From: Aliivibrio fischeri ES114
Lineage (GTDB): Bacteria > Pseudomonadota > Gammaproteobacteria > Enterobacterales > Vibrionaceae
Strand: one strand, 5' to 3'
Length of the DNA: 32,000 nt
Assembly: GCF_000011805.1 (NCBI RefSeq)
Contig: NC_006841.2
Within the stretch, counting starts at the first letter, position 1. Every line of letters begins with the position of its first letter. The notes under the pieces are model-generated. The model was not told the DNA's origin and ran no database searches. It was given only the letters and a program-made list of their open reading frames with translations. The translations under genes and the position numbers were made by a program. Below are positions 16,697-26,796 of this stretch, piece after piece.

Positions 16697-16789
16697 AATA
16701 ATGGCTTTAGGATTGAGTAATCTCTAACTTACTGTATCCTACAGCGCTCGCAGTTTTGCGCATAATATTTATATAGAGATAATGATTGT

Positions 16790-18292
16790 ATGGGTTTTAC
16801 CTCTCTGGGCTTATCTGCCCCTATTTTAAAAGCTGTAGAAGAACAAGGTTATAGCACGCCTTCACCAATTCAATTACAAGCAATTCCAGCAGTAATTGAA
16901 GGCAAGGATGTTATGGCTGCTGCACAGACAGGGACAGGTAAAACAGCAGGTTTCACATTACCTCTATTGGAGCGTTTATCGAACGGTCCAAAGCGTAAGT
17001 TTAATCAAGTTCGTGCGTTAGTATTAACGCCTACACGTGAGTTAGCTGCGCAAGTACACGAAAGTGTTGAGAAGTATAGTAAGAACCTACCACTGACTTC
17101 TGATGTGGTTTTTGGTGGCGTAAAAGTGAATCCACAAATGCAGCGTTTGCGTCGTGGTGTGGACGTTTTGGTAGCAACACCGGGTCGTTTACTGGATCTT
17201 GCCAATCAAAATGCGATTAAGTTTGATCAATTAGAAATTCTTGTTTTGGATGAAGCTGACCGTATGTTAGATATGGGCTTTATTCATGATATTAAAAAAA
17301 TCTTAGCTAAGCTTCCTAAAAACCGTCAAAATTTGCTTTTTTCTGCAACGTTTTCAGATGAGATCCGTCAATTAGCAAAAGGGCTAGTGAAAGATCCTGT
17401 TGAGATTTCAGTAGCTAAACGTAACACAACGGCTGAAACAGTAGAGCAATCAGTTTATGTAATGGATAAAGGCCGTAAACCTAAAGTACTTACTAAACTG
17501 ATTAAAGATAATGATTGGAAGCAAGTTTTAGTCTTTAGTAAAACTAAGCATGGTGCAAACCGTCTTGCAAAAACACTAGAAGAGAAGGGTGTAAGTGCTG
17601 CAGCAATTCATGGTAATAAGAGCCAAGGTGCGCGTACTAAAGCATTAGCAAACTTTAAGAGTGGTCAAGTACGAGTACTTGTAGCGACGGATATTGCAGC
17701 GCGTGGCTTGGATATCGAGCAATTGCCTCAAGTTATTAACGTTGATTTACCAAAAGTACCTGAAGATTATGTTCACCGTATTGGTCGTACAGGTCGTGCT
17801 GGTGCAACGGGTAAAGCCATTTCTTTTGTGAGCGAAGATGAAGCGAAAGAATTGTTTGCTATTGAACGTTTGATTCAAAAAGTACTGCCTCGCCATGTGT
17901 TAGAAGGTTTCGAGCCAGTTAATAAAGTACCAGAATCAAAACTGGATACTCGCCCGATCAAACCGAAAAAACCTAAGAAGCCAAAAGCACCAAGAGTTGA
18001 ACATAAAGATGGTCAGCGTTCAGGTGAAAATCGCAATGGCAACAAACAAGGCGCAAAACAAGGTCAAAAGCCAGCGACAAAACGTACTCCTACAAATAAT
18101 CCATCAGGTAAAAAAGAAGGTACGGATTCGGATAAAAAAAAGCGTCCATTTTCTGGTAAACCTAAAACTAAAGGAACTGGCGAAAATCGCGGTAATGGCA
18201 GTAACTTTGGTAAATCAAAATCTACTCCAAAATCGGATGTAAAACCACGTCGTCAAGGTCCACGACCAGCACGTAAACCAAAAGCAAACTGA
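16790..18292 (+). CDS. rhlE: DEAD-box ATP-dependent RNA helicase RhlE with a long Lys/Arg/Gly-rich C-terminal tail
   Basis: Q-motif (TPSPIQ), [24 protein letters not shown] and [10 protein letters not shown]. The N-terminus is collinear with E. coli RhlE. The last ~115 aa form a basic low-complexity tail. Confidence 0.9.
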   Translation: MGFTSLGLSAPILKAVEEQGYSTPSPIQLQAIPAVIEGKDVMAAAQTGTGKTAGFTLPLLERLSNGPKRKFNQVRALVLTPTRELAAQVHESVEKYSKNLPLTSDVVFGGVKVNPQMQRLRRGVDVLVATPGRLLDLANQNAIKFDQLEILVLDEADRMLDMGFIHDIKKILAKLPKNRQNLLFSATFSDEIRQLAKGLVKDPVEISVAKRNTTAETVEQSVYVMDKGRKPKVLTKLIKDNDWKQVLVFSKTKHGANRLAKTLEEKGVSAAAIHGNKSQGARTKALANFKSGQVRVLVATDIAARGLDIEQLPQVINVDLPKVPEDYVHRIGRTGRAGATGKAISFVSEDEAKELFAIERLIQKVLPRHVLEGFEPVNKVPESKLDTRPIKPKKPKKPKAPRVEHKDGQRSGENRNGNKQGAKQGQKPATKRTPTNNPSGKKEGTDSDKKKRPFSGKPKTKGTGENRGNGSNFGKSKSTPKSDVKPRRQGPRPARKPKAN

Positions 18293-18320
18293 TCTTTTTT
18301 TGCTTATGTAAAAAAGTAAT

Positions 18321-18348
18321 AAAACCGGCAATTTTCGCCGGTTTTTTT
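18321..18348 (+). terminator. rho-independent terminator
   Basis: aaaaccggc / gccggtttt stem followed by a T7 run. Confidence 0.75.
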
Positions 18349-18528
18349 ATAAGCTATATATCTCCTTACTTGAGAGGGTATTAGTTGTTAGATGTGAGTT
18401 ATCTTGGATGTGAGACGATGCCTTTTTATTGATACAGCTATCAAAAGCATTATGAAACCATGTGTCTGTTAATAAACTTGGTGTACCTTTGTGAGTATAA
18501 ATTAGTCAGATGAATGCTTTGAGGAATA

Positions 18529-19980
18529 ATGAGGGTAAAAAATATCGTTGCTGTTGGGTCTTTGCTGCTGTTAAGTATCGCAATGACTTGTGCTATTTTT
18601 TATGTGACAAAGAGCTATAACAAACAAAGTCGATTGATTGAGAACGAGTTAAAGTTTAATGCGAATTATGTGTCTTCTTGGATTCAGACGGCTTTTTACC
18701 ATTCCAATAATGTATTACATGAACTTTCAGATTCATTAACTGAAGAGAACTTCGCTTCTTTATCTTTTAATGAGGCTTATGATGAAGATTATGGCGAGTT
18801 ATTTGAAATTCATTATCAGACATTGATGAATGCCATTCATGTTTTTGCTGTCGATAAAGATTGCGTATTATTAAACACCAAAACAATTGGTGGCGTTGAT
18901 CTCTCTTCTAGAGAGTACTGTCAAAAACTAAAGAAAAGTGATCAAGAAATAAACTCGGTTATTACTACTCCTTTTAAAGACATTTTAAACCGAAATGTGA
19001 TTTCTCAAAGTGTAACGGTTAATGATAAGTACGGAAATTTTGCAGGAATTGTAGGTATCATTACGGATTTTTCATTTTTTTCTAAAGCGTTAAGAAGTGT
19101 AAACTTAACGAACATTAGTTCTATTTCAGTATTAAGTAGTGATTTCACAGTATTGGCTTCTACGGTTCCTAAGTTTTTGCCTATCGGTAAAAAGTTGAAT
19201 TTTGAATATATTCCTAAGAAAGAGATTAAAGGGCTAAAATATAATCAAGAGTTCATGTTTGAATCACATGAGAAATATGATGGGTCTTATCAGGGCGTTT
19301 ATGTAAAAAAAGTATCTGATCTCCCATTTATTATATTAGTCACCAAAGCCAAGTCTCACTGGGTGACGCCTCTCTATATTGCCATTTCCACCGTTTTTGC
19401 CTTATTAGTTCTATTTGCCATTTTTCTGGTTAAAAATGCTTATTATTTTGGAAAACTTAGCAGCGAAGCTGAGCACTACTCTAAACTTGCCTTGTTTGAT
19501 GATTTAACTGGGTCATGTAATCGACGTTGCTTTGAAGCTAAGGTATTAAGTTTTATTCAAAACTATCATGCTAAAAACCAGACGTTTTCGGTAGCACTGT
19601 TTGATATTGATTATTTTAAACAGATTAATGATACCTATGGGCATGAAATAGGGGACGAAGTATTACGTTTATTTAGCCGTGCATGTGAAAACATCTGTGA
19701 ATCTGATGATCATTTCGCTCGCTTGGGCGGTGACGAGTTTGTCATGCTGTTAAGTAATAAAAACAGAGATGAGGCGGAAGCGATACTTAATGAACTGCTT
19801 CGTTCAATACGCAATATAGAAATAAGAATTAATGGTCAATTGGTACAACTAACGAGCAGCATCGGCGTAAGTGAAATGCATGATGATGTTTTTGATGCTT
19901 GTAAACTATTAAGTCGTGCAGATGAAGCGCTTTATGAAGCAAAGCGTTTAGGACGAAACCAAGTTTTTATATCTGAGTAA
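18529..19980 (+). CDS. membrane sensor diguanylate cyclase (periplasmic Cache-like domain + GGDEF)
   Basis: Two TM segments flank a ~250-aa periplasmic region. The C-terminal GGDEF domain carries DDLTGSCNRR, FDIDYFKQINDTYGH and ARLGGDEF. No RxxD I-site lies 5 aa upstream of GGDEF. Confidence 0.9.
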   Translation: MRVKNIVAVGSLLLLSIAMTCAIFYVTKSYNKQSRLIENELKFNANYVSSWIQTAFYHSNNVLHELSDSLTEENFASLSFNEAYDEDYGELFEIHYQTLMNAIHVFAVDKDCVLLNTKTIGGVDLSSREYCQKLKKSDQEINSVITTPFKDILNRNVISQSVTVNDKYGNFAGIVGIITDFSFFSKALRSVNLTNISSISVLSSDFTVLASTVPKFLPIGKKLNFEYIPKKEIKGLKYNQEFMFESHEKYDGSYQGVYVKKVSDLPFIILVTKAKSHWVTPLYIAISTVFALLVLFAIFLVKNAYYFGKLSSEAEHYSKLALFDDLTGSCNRRCFEAKVLSFIQNYHAKNQTFSVALFDIDYFKQINDTYGHEIGDEVLRLFSRACENICESDDHFARLGGDEFVMLLSNKNRDEAEAILNELLRSIRNIEIRINGQLVQLTSSIGVSEMHDDVFDACKLLSRADEALYEAKRLGRNQVFISE

Positions 19981-19999
19981 TATTCCCCCACATTAATCC

Positions 20000-20030
20000 A
20001 AATCCAGTGAGATATTTCACTGGATTTTTC
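20000..20030 (+). terminator. rho-independent terminator
   Basis: aaatccagtga / tcactggattt stem followed by a T-run. Confidence 0.7.
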
Positions 20031-20230
20031 ATTAGAAAAACTAATCCAAAATCCACAAAAAATCTCTTGTGAAATTTAAGGTAATTTGATTGCCAGTTTC
20101 CTCTATACGCCTTATCATCTCGCGCCATAGGGTTAGAGGATAATTCGATTATTATTTTTAACCTTTATTATATTAATTATCACACCTTATTATTTTTTAT
20201 TAATAATTACTGTTTTTGTGGAGAGCAGTC

Positions 20231-21433
20231 ATGCAAAAGTCGTATTCACTTGCGACGTTCAGTTTTTTGATCGTTATTTTAGTTGCTGTTGGTCAAATGA
20301 GCCAAACTATGTATGTGCCATCAATTGGTTACATGGCAAGTGAATTCAAGGTTAGCCCTGCATCTTTACAGGCGGTAATGGCTGTATATCTGATCCCTTA
20401 TGGTCTATCACAATTTTTCTATGGCCCGATCTCTGATCGTGTTGGTCGTCGTGTTGTGATTTTATCTGGCTTGGCACTATATATTGCTGGTACTTTGGTT
20501 GCGTTATTTGCTCATGAGTATGCGCTGTTTTTAGCTGGCTGCTTTGTTCAGGGCTTAGGTATTGGTGCTGCTGGTGTAATGTGCCGTACAGTTCCGCGTG
20601 ATTGCTATTCTGGTGATGAGCTACATAGAACCAATAGTATTATCAGTATGTGTATGATGTTTTCACCACTTTTGGCTCCCGTGTTAGGTGGCTATTTAAC
20701 TGAAGCATTTGGTTGGCGTTCAAGCTATCTATTTTTAGCTCTGTTCAGTATTGCTGTTATGATCATTATGGTGACTTCAATGAAGGAAACGCTTCCTTTA
20801 GAAGTTCGTCGTAAAGATGCGGTATGGAAAAGCTACCGCCATGTATTATCTGAGCACCGTTTTCAAGGCTATCTAATTTGTCTTGTTGCAACTTTCGCGG
20901 GCGTTGCTGTTTTTGAAGCGGCTGCTGGTGTGTTACTTGGTGGTAAATTAAAACTGCCGGCAACAACGGTAAGTATTTTATTTATTCTGCCTATTCCTGG
21001 CTACTTAGCGGGGGCGGCGTTATCAAGTGTGATTGCTAAACATTGGTCCGAGAAGAAATCACTTGATGTTGGCTTAGTTTCAATTGTGTTGGGCGCTGCA
21101 ATAGTATTAATTCCAGGTTTAATGGGATTAACCACGGCATTAACGTTGATCGGCGGTGCAGTATTGTATTTCTTAGGTGCAGGTATCTTATTTCCTGCTG
21201 CAACAACAGGTGCTTTATCCCCGTTTCCATATCATGCAGGTACAGCTGGTGCCTTATTAGGTGGTATGCAGAACTTGGGTGCAGGTTTAGCAACAATGGT
21301 GGCATCGTTTATTCCTGCTGATAGCCAAATGCCAGTAGGTTTGATCATGTTTTTAATGGCGTTACTTGCGGTATACGGTTTGCGTAAAGTGCATTCAATT
21401 CCGCCATCAAGCGAGATGCCATTAGCGGTTTAG
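20231..21433 (+). CDS. emrD: MFS multidrug efflux transporter EmrD
   Basis: Collinear with E. coli EmrD as recalled: VAVGQMSQTMYVPSI, YGLSQFFYGPISDRVGRR, TVSILFILPIPGY, AGTAGALLGGMQNLG. I chose the ATG at 20231 because GGAGA lies 7 nt upstream; the track starts at TTG 20216. Confidence 0.85.
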   Translation: MQKSYSLATFSFLIVILVAVGQMSQTMYVPSIGYMASEFKVSPASLQAVMAVYLIPYGLSQFFYGPISDRVGRRVVILSGLALYIAGTLVALFAHEYALFLAGCFVQGLGIGAAGVMCRTVPRDCYSGDELHRTNSIISMCMMFSPLLAPVLGGYLTEAFGWRSSYLFLALFSIAVMIIMVTSMKETLPLEVRRKDAVWKSYRHVLSEHRFQGYLICLVATFAGVAVFEAAAGVLLGGKLKLPATTVSILFILPIPGYLAGAALSSVIAKHWSEKKSLDVGLVSIVLGAAIVLIPGLMGLTTALTLIGGAVLYFLGAGILFPAATTGALSPFPYHAGTAGALLGGMQNLGAGLATMVASFIPADSQMPVGLIMFLMALLAVYGLRKVHSIPPSSEMPLAV

Positions 21434-21465
21434 ATTATACAATCCACATAACTATTTGATAAAAG

Positions 21466-21503
21466 AAAGGCCGAGTAGGTAATATCTACTCGGCCTTTTT
21501 ATT
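21466..21503. terminator. bidirectional rho-independent terminator
   Basis: ggccgagtag / ctactcggcc 10-bp stem with a 7-nt loop. An A-run lies upstream and a T-run downstream, between convergent emrD and dbpA. Confidence 0.8.
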
Positions 21504-21539
21504 TATAATGAAATGGTCATTACTTGATATGAATTTGGT

Positions 21540-22928
21540 TTAGCCACGCATACGGCTTACGCGGAAGCTACGGCCTTTCATTTTGCCACTTTCTAGTTTC
21601 TTAAGCGCTGCTTTTGCAACGGTATTATGAACAGCAACATAAGCATGGAAATCAAATACGTTGATCTTACCAACCATTTTACCTTCGATACCGTCTTTAC
21701 CTGTTAGTGCACCTAAGATGTCACCCGGACGTAGTTTGTTTTTCTTACCACCATCAATCCATAAAGTAACCATTTCAGCGTAGTAAGCAGGCTCTTTTAG
21801 GTAATCAGTACTTGGTAACGCTTCATCACGAATATCAATGTTCATGTACTCTTCGATTTGAGCAATGTTGTGCATTTCTTTTTCATTGAAGAGGCTTAGA
21901 GCAATACCTTTATTTCCTGCGCGACCTGTACGACCAATACGGTGAACGTGCACTTCAGGATCACGAGATAATTCAAAGTTAACCACAGCATCAAGTGATT
22001 CGATATCTAAGCCACGTGCAGCAACGTCGGTTGCAACAAGAATCGACGTACTCTTATTGGCAAAACGTACTAACGCTTTATCACGATCACGTTGTTCTAA
22101 ATCACCGTGAAGTGCAGTTACGCTGAAATCGTAATGACGAAGTTCATCTGCCACTTCTTGGGTTACACGTTTTGTATTACAGAAGATAACCGTTGATTCA
22201 GGTTGGTGCTTAAGCAATAGGATTTGCAGTGCTTCTAGACGATCTTCAAAATCACCCACTTTAAAGAAGTGTTGGTTAATTGATGTGTTTTCTACTGTTT
22301 CTTCTGCTTTAGTCATGATTGGATCGTTCATGATGCGATCTGCAATAGACTTGATTTGCGGTGGGAAAGTCGCACTAAACAGAAGATTTTGACGTTTAAC
22401 TGGTGCGTGATCTAATACCGCATCAATTGCATCTTGGAAGCCCATTTCTAACATACGGTCTGCTTCATCAAGAACAAATGTATTTAGGTTATCTAAGTTT
22501 AAGTAACCTTTACGAAGGTGTTCTTCAACACGACCTGGAGTACCAACGATAATGTGAGCACCGTGTTCTAATGAACCTATTTGTGGGCCAAAAGGAACAC
22601 CGCCGCATAAAGTTAGTACTTTAATGTTATGAATTGCACGAGCAAGTTTACGAATTTCTTTTGCTACTTGATCTGCCAGTTCACGTGTTGGGCATAAAAC
22701 CAAAGATTGAACACGAAAGCGTTTTACATTTAAGTTAGCTAATAAACCTAAACCAAATGCCGCCGTTTTACCTGAGCCCGTTTTCCCTTGGGCAATAACA
22801 TCTTTCCCTTTTAGCATGAAAGGTAAGCTTTGTGCTTGGATTGGTGTCATTTCGTTATAACCTAACGTTTCTAGGTTTTGTAAAAGTGACGGATGCAGAT
22901 CTAATGATGAGAAAGATGTTTGACTCAA
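21540..22928 (-). CDS. dbpA: DEAD-box RNA helicase DbpA (23S rRNA-dependent) with C-terminal DbpA RNA-binding domain
   Basis: Motifs [24 protein letters not shown] and [10 protein letters not shown], plus the C-terminal GGKKNKLRPGDILGALTG RNA-binding domain. The likely true start is TTG at 22928, with AAGGAA 6 nt upstream. That gives 462 aa, against 457 aa for E. coli DbpA as I recall it. The track start at 22973 adds 15 unaligned residues. Confidence 0.9.
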   Translation of the reverse strand: MSQTSFSSLDLHPSLLQNLETLGYNEMTPIQAQSLPFMLKGKDVIAQGKTGSGKTAAFGLGLLANLNVKRFRVQSLVLCPTRELADQVAKEIRKLARAIHNIKVLTLCGGVPFGPQIGSLEHGAHIIVGTPGRVEEHLRKGYLNLDNLNTFVLDEADRMLEMGFQDAIDAVLDHAPVKRQNLLFSATFPPQIKSIADRIMNDPIMTKAEETVENTSINQHFFKVGDFEDRLEALQILLLKHQPESTVIFCNTKRVTQEVADELRHYDFSVTALHGDLEQRDRDKALVRFANKSTSILVATDVAARGLDIESLDAVVNFELSRDPEVHVHRIGRTGRAGNKGIALSLFNEKEMHNIAQIEEYMNIDIRDEALPSTDYLKEPAYYAEMVTLWIDGGKKNKLRPGDILGALTGKDGIEGKMVGKINVFDFHAYVAVHNTVAKAALKKLESGKMKGRSFRVSRMRG

Positions 22929-23230
22929 GGTGATTTCCTTTAAACAAGTAGTGACAAAGTGATAATTGTCCAATGGATGGCAGAGTAAAGATAAGAGGCT
23001 AAAAAAGCAAGGGAGATCACAGTTTTTCTGTATATAAAATCATCACTGCATTAAGTGATTATCTTGATTTAAACTTATGGCGTATTCATATTGGGTAATT
23101 TGAGGGTTACGGCGCAATATGAAGCTAAAATAATGATAGAAAACATAGTTTACTTATTAATTTTACAAATTTTCATCTTATGCTATATTCGCGCGTCAAA
23201 TAATTATAATAAGCGTCAAATAAGGGTCAG

Positions 23231-24679
23231 ATGAAAAATCGAAGTGCTTTTTTTTATAGTTCAATGACGATTGGGATCTTACTTTTCTTTTTATCTTTAT
23301 TTTATCTTTTTACTTCTTATCAAACGGATAGCTCTCGTGTTGTTGAACGTTTAAAATTTAATGCGAGCTTTGTTGAACTATGGTTAATTAAGTCGTTTTC
23401 AGATTCTGATGCAGTGCTAAATGATATGGCTCGTGATTTAGCTGAATCAGGACCAACTCGCATCGAAGACGATCTTGTTAAGCATCAAAATGAACAATTT
23501 TATTTAAAAGAAAAAGAAGATGCTTTACCTAATGCAACACTTGCATTTGTAGTTGATGACACTTGCGTATTAACTCACAGTGAAACGCTTCGTAATATTA
23601 ATCTTTCTGAACGTGAATATTGCAAATCTCTTATTAATAACGAGACTAAAGACAGTGTCGTTACTTTGCCTTTTATCGATCTGGCTGGACGTAATGTTGT
23701 CGTTCATGGAAAGAAGATCATTGATGATGAAGGAAAGCTAAAAGGTATTGTATGTCTTTCTACTAATTTAAATTTTTTTAGCTTAACTCTAAGTCAATTA
23801 CAACTTCCATCTTCAATGGGTATCGCGATCTTAAGTACCAATATGAAGCTTCTGTCTGCGATCCCAAAAGGTAACTTGCCATTAGGAAAGGGTATTGATT
23901 TATCATCTGTAGATCCTAGTGCTTTAGAGCGATTTTATCGTGATAATGAAGTGATTATGTCTTCTGATATTTATGATAATGGTAAACTGGATACGATTTA
24001 TGCTCGTAAAATTCAAGGGTTGCCATTCATTGTGGTGGTAACGAAAGAGCAAGATTATTGGCAAACAAAATTATCACTTTCATTAATGGCAGTGATTGGC
24101 TGTTTTGCGGTTATTATTGGTTTATTGTTATTTAATCTTAATTATTTAAAGAAAACACGCGCACAAAAAGATAAATATTCAGAGTTGGCTTATAACGATT
24201 ATCTTACTGGCGTGAATAATCGTCGAGCTTTTGAAAAACAGGCGAACAAAGTATTTAAAACGTATCAAAACGATAAACAAGTTTTCTCGTTGATCATGTG
24301 TGATATTGATAATTTTAAAGAATATAACGATAAATTTGGACATGATGTTGGTGACCAAATGATCACCGCATTTTCTGAGGCGTGTTCAGCACAAATTAAT
24401 CAAGATGATATCGTCGCTCGACTGGGTGGTGATGAATTTATTGTTCTTCTTCATCATAAAGATAAAGAGCAGGCCGTGATGGTTGCTGAAAGTCTACAAA
24501 ATGTGATTAGAGATCTTTCTGTTTTGGTTGATGATCAAGAATTATCAATGACATGCAGTATGGGAGTTGCAACAGTGAGTGAGTTAACTACTAGTCTTCA
24601 TGAATTATTGAATATTGCAGATACTCAACTGTATAAAGCAAAAGAAGCAGGCCGTAACTGTGTTAGGTTTGAATTGTAA
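23231..24679 (+). CDS. membrane sensor diguanylate cyclase, paralog of 18529..19980
   Basis: Same length class and architecture as 18529..19980. Shared blocks include LKFNA, LSxREYCK, LPFIxxVTK and ARLGGDEFxxLL. There is no RxxD I-site. Confidence 0.9.
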   Translation: MKNRSAFFYSSMTIGILLFFLSLFYLFTSYQTDSSRVVERLKFNASFVELWLIKSFSDSDAVLNDMARDLAESGPTRIEDDLVKHQNEQFYLKEKEDALPNATLAFVVDDTCVLTHSETLRNINLSEREYCKSLINNETKDSVVTLPFIDLAGRNVVVHGKKIIDDEGKLKGIVCLSTNLNFFSLTLSQLQLPSSMGIAILSTNMKLLSAIPKGNLPLGKGIDLSSVDPSALERFYRDNEVIMSSDIYDNGKLDTIYARKIQGLPFIVVVTKEQDYWQTKLSLSLMAVIGCFAVIIGLLLFNLNYLKKTRAQKDKYSELAYNDYLTGVNNRRAFEKQANKVFKTYQNDKQVFSLIMCDIDNFKEYNDKFGHDVGDQMITAFSEACSAQINQDDIVARLGGDEFIVLLHHKDKEQAVMVAESLQNVIRDLSVLVDDQELSMTCSMGVATVSELTTSLHELLNIADTQLYKAKEAGRNCVRFEL

Positions 24680-24681
24680 TT

Positions 24682-24700
24682 GATAATTATTTGCATTATT
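24682..24700. promoter_or_regulatory. candidate Fur box upstream of the FhuF-like gene
   Basis: gataattatttgcattatt matches 14/19 positions of the consensus GATAATGATAATCATTATC. It starts 3 nt after the DGC stop codon. Confidence 0.45.
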
Positions 24701-24757
24701 GCTGTTTGATGATTATTCTAACGCCTCTGCTTTATTTGTTGGTGTTGTACTTTTCAT

Positions 24758-25489
24758 ATGCAAAATAGTGAATATTTTGAATTACTTTTTCACTCCTCAA
24801 GAGAGGTTACGCCTTATCTGAGTGGGCATTTAGCTCATCAAGCCGAGTGCTATAACGCAGATCCACACCTCCATATATCGAAAAACAATGGCGAACAAAT
24901 AAAAGCACTTTATGAACGCTTATCTCAGATTTCTCCTGAGGCTGGTAGTGCATATTGGTTAACCAGAACATGGGACTTATTGTGTTGGCAGCCTGTGTAT
25001 ATTGCATTTATATCCATTTATCAGCTTAGAGCGCTTCCTAATATTAAAGAAATGAGCCAAGAGATTAAGAGTGATTTTGTAGCGGGTTATACGTTTCATC
25101 ATTCAGATTTAACGTTTGGAACTAATGAAGATTTGATTTCATCTGTTGCTCAGCAATTGAGTGAGCTTTTTTCTTCATATCGAGAAGATATATCTCAATG
25201 GACTCGGATTAGACCGGGTTTTACTAATCACTTATTGGCTGATGGTTTGCTTAATTGCATTGTAAAATTGCAAACTTACTTGCCTACATTATCTAACGAA
25301 TATTTACTTGAACAGGCTAAGCTTTGGTTAGAGGCATTTTCATTACCTAATAAGCATTTATTGAGCTTGCAGATTGATACGAACACGGAGCAACTTCGAT
25401 TGGTTCGTACCAGTTGTTGTTTAGTGTATAAATGTGATGGTCGTAAATTATGTCTAGATTGCCCTCGCCATCCGGATAATAAACGTTAA
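24758..25489 (+). CDS. siderophore ferric-iron reductase (FhuF-like, C-terminal 2Fe-2S Cys cluster)
   Basis: C-terminal CCLVYKCDGRKLCLDCPRH matches the FhuF-type C-C-x10-C-x2-C motif. The gene sits next to the fhu/iuc genes. Confidence 0.75.
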   Translation: MQNSEYFELLFHSSREVTPYLSGHLAHQAECYNADPHLHISKNNGEQIKALYERLSQISPEAGSAYWLTRTWDLLCWQPVYIAFISIYQLRALPNIKEMSQEIKSDFVAGYTFHHSDLTFGTNEDLISSVAQQLSELFSSYREDISQWTRIRPGFTNHLLADGLLNCIVKLQTYLPTLSNEYLLEQAKLWLEAFSLPNKHLLSLQIDTNTEQLRLVRTSCCLVYKCDGRKLCLDCPRHPDNKR

Positions 25490-25504
25490 CTGCAGTACTC
25501 CTTG

Positions 25505-26710
25505 CTATGTCTTGTTTATTTGAGGCTTCATGAAAGCAATGACTAAAATGCCTACAGAAAATAGAATACAAAGGTAGATAGGGTAAATCGGTGAAATGGT
25601 TGCAGTATAAGCAAATAATGAAGCAATGCCGTAACCAAGAGTGTGTGACATGGATATATAGCCAGCCACAGAACCAGGGTTATCTTTATCTATAGAGGTG
25701 GCCTTTGTTGTATAGGCAGGCACTAATAAGGCCGCTCCACAGGCGGTTATTGCCATTCCAATTCCTAATAGCCATATTGAATGTAGAGTGAATATTAGAT
25801 AGCCCAGTAGCAAGCAGATTGCTCCTAAGTAATACATGGTAGTGATTTGTATTTTTTTCTTTTTGATGACGAAGACTTGGGTGATTAAGGTCACTGCTGC
25901 ACTAATGGTTAATAGTATTCCAATCACATCACTGATTTTATTGGTGGACCAATGGGTAATGTCTTCAATTAACGGCGAGAAACTGTATTGCAATAGCGCA
26001 ATGGTTAAGCACAAGAATAGCCCTGTGAGTAGGTAGGGCATTAATCTTACATTTGGAATAAAAGAACTTACTTGGTGAGACGATTTATTGTGTTTATTTA
26101 TTTGCGATGGGCTTGGCAACATAAAAGCGGCGAATAGAGCGAGAAGGGGGAAGCAAATCATCATAATTAATGGTGAATAGGGCCCCGATTTTAATAGTAG
26201 AATAGATAATATTGGCCCAAGAAGGCGGCCTAAACTTAATCCAATGCTAACGGATGTAATGGCTTGTAATCGATTATTCTCACCACATAGAAGAATGGCC
26301 CAATGCTGGCTAGCTGGAACCATTCCAGAAACGGTGCAGCCGTAGATTACTCGCGCAACAATCAACCCGATCAAACAAAAACCAGCGTAATTGGGATGAT
26401 CATTACTGAAAAATGTAAAAGTAAGTAGAAGTAAGAAACTGAAGCTCATTCCAAATAGAGCTTGTAATACTACAAATTTAGGGCCTTTTTTATCGCTGTA
26501 CTTTCCCCAAAATGGTGCTGAGGGTAGAAAGAGAAAGCTACCAACTGCAATTACAATTGACCACGTCGGTAGTGCAAACGCTGAATGAGTGACTAAAAAT
26601 GGAAGTGAGACAAGTAAGCCGTTCTGCCCAATTCCCATTAGCGCGGCTATTAATCCAATAATGATGAGTTGAATTGATGCATGGGTATTTTTGTCGAAAA
26701 AAGAGGGCAT
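25505..26710 (-). CDS. MFS transporter (possible ShiF-like siderophore-associated exporter)
   Basis: 401 aa and about 12 TM segments. It is divergent from fhuC across a Fur-box-containing spacer. The substrate is inferred from context only. Confidence 0.75.
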   Translation of the reverse strand: MPSFFDKNTHASIQLIIIGLIAALMGIGQNGLLVSLPFLVTHSAFALPTWSIVIAVGSFLFLPSAPFWGKYSDKKGPKFVVLQALFGMSFSFLLLLTFTFFSNDHPNYAGFCLIGLIVARVIYGCTVSGMVPASQHWAILLCGENNRLQAITSVSIGLSLGRLLGPILSILLLKSGPYSPLIMMICFPLLALFAAFMLPSPSQINKHNKSSHQVSSFIPNVRLMPYLLTGLFLCLTIALLQYSFSPLIEDITHWSTNKISDVIGILLTISAAVTLITQVFVIKKKKIQITTMYYLGAICLLLGYLIFTLHSIWLLGIGMAITACGAALLVPAYTTKATSIDKDNPGSVAGYISMSHTLGYGIASLFAYTATISPIYPIYLCILFSVGILVIAFMKPQINKT

Positions 26711-26769
26711 TAGAACTTCCTGTTTTAAATGTCTCGCTCTTTATATCTTACTTTTTAAAATATGTGAAT

Positions 26770-26788
26770 AAAAATAATTATCATTAAC
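26770..26788. promoter_or_regulatory. candidate Fur box in the divergent MFS/fhuC promoter region
   Basis: aaaaataattatcattaac matches 14/19 positions of the Fur consensus. Confidence 0.45.
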
Positions 26789-26796
26789 ATTTCTTT

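Noticed and set aside
18399-18406. A shared ttatcttg 8-mer, preceded by gtga, upstream of both diguanylate cyclases (also at 23059..23066) could be a common operator.
   Set aside because: One exact 8-mer shared between two ~240-nt AT-rich spacers is expected by chance about as often as not.
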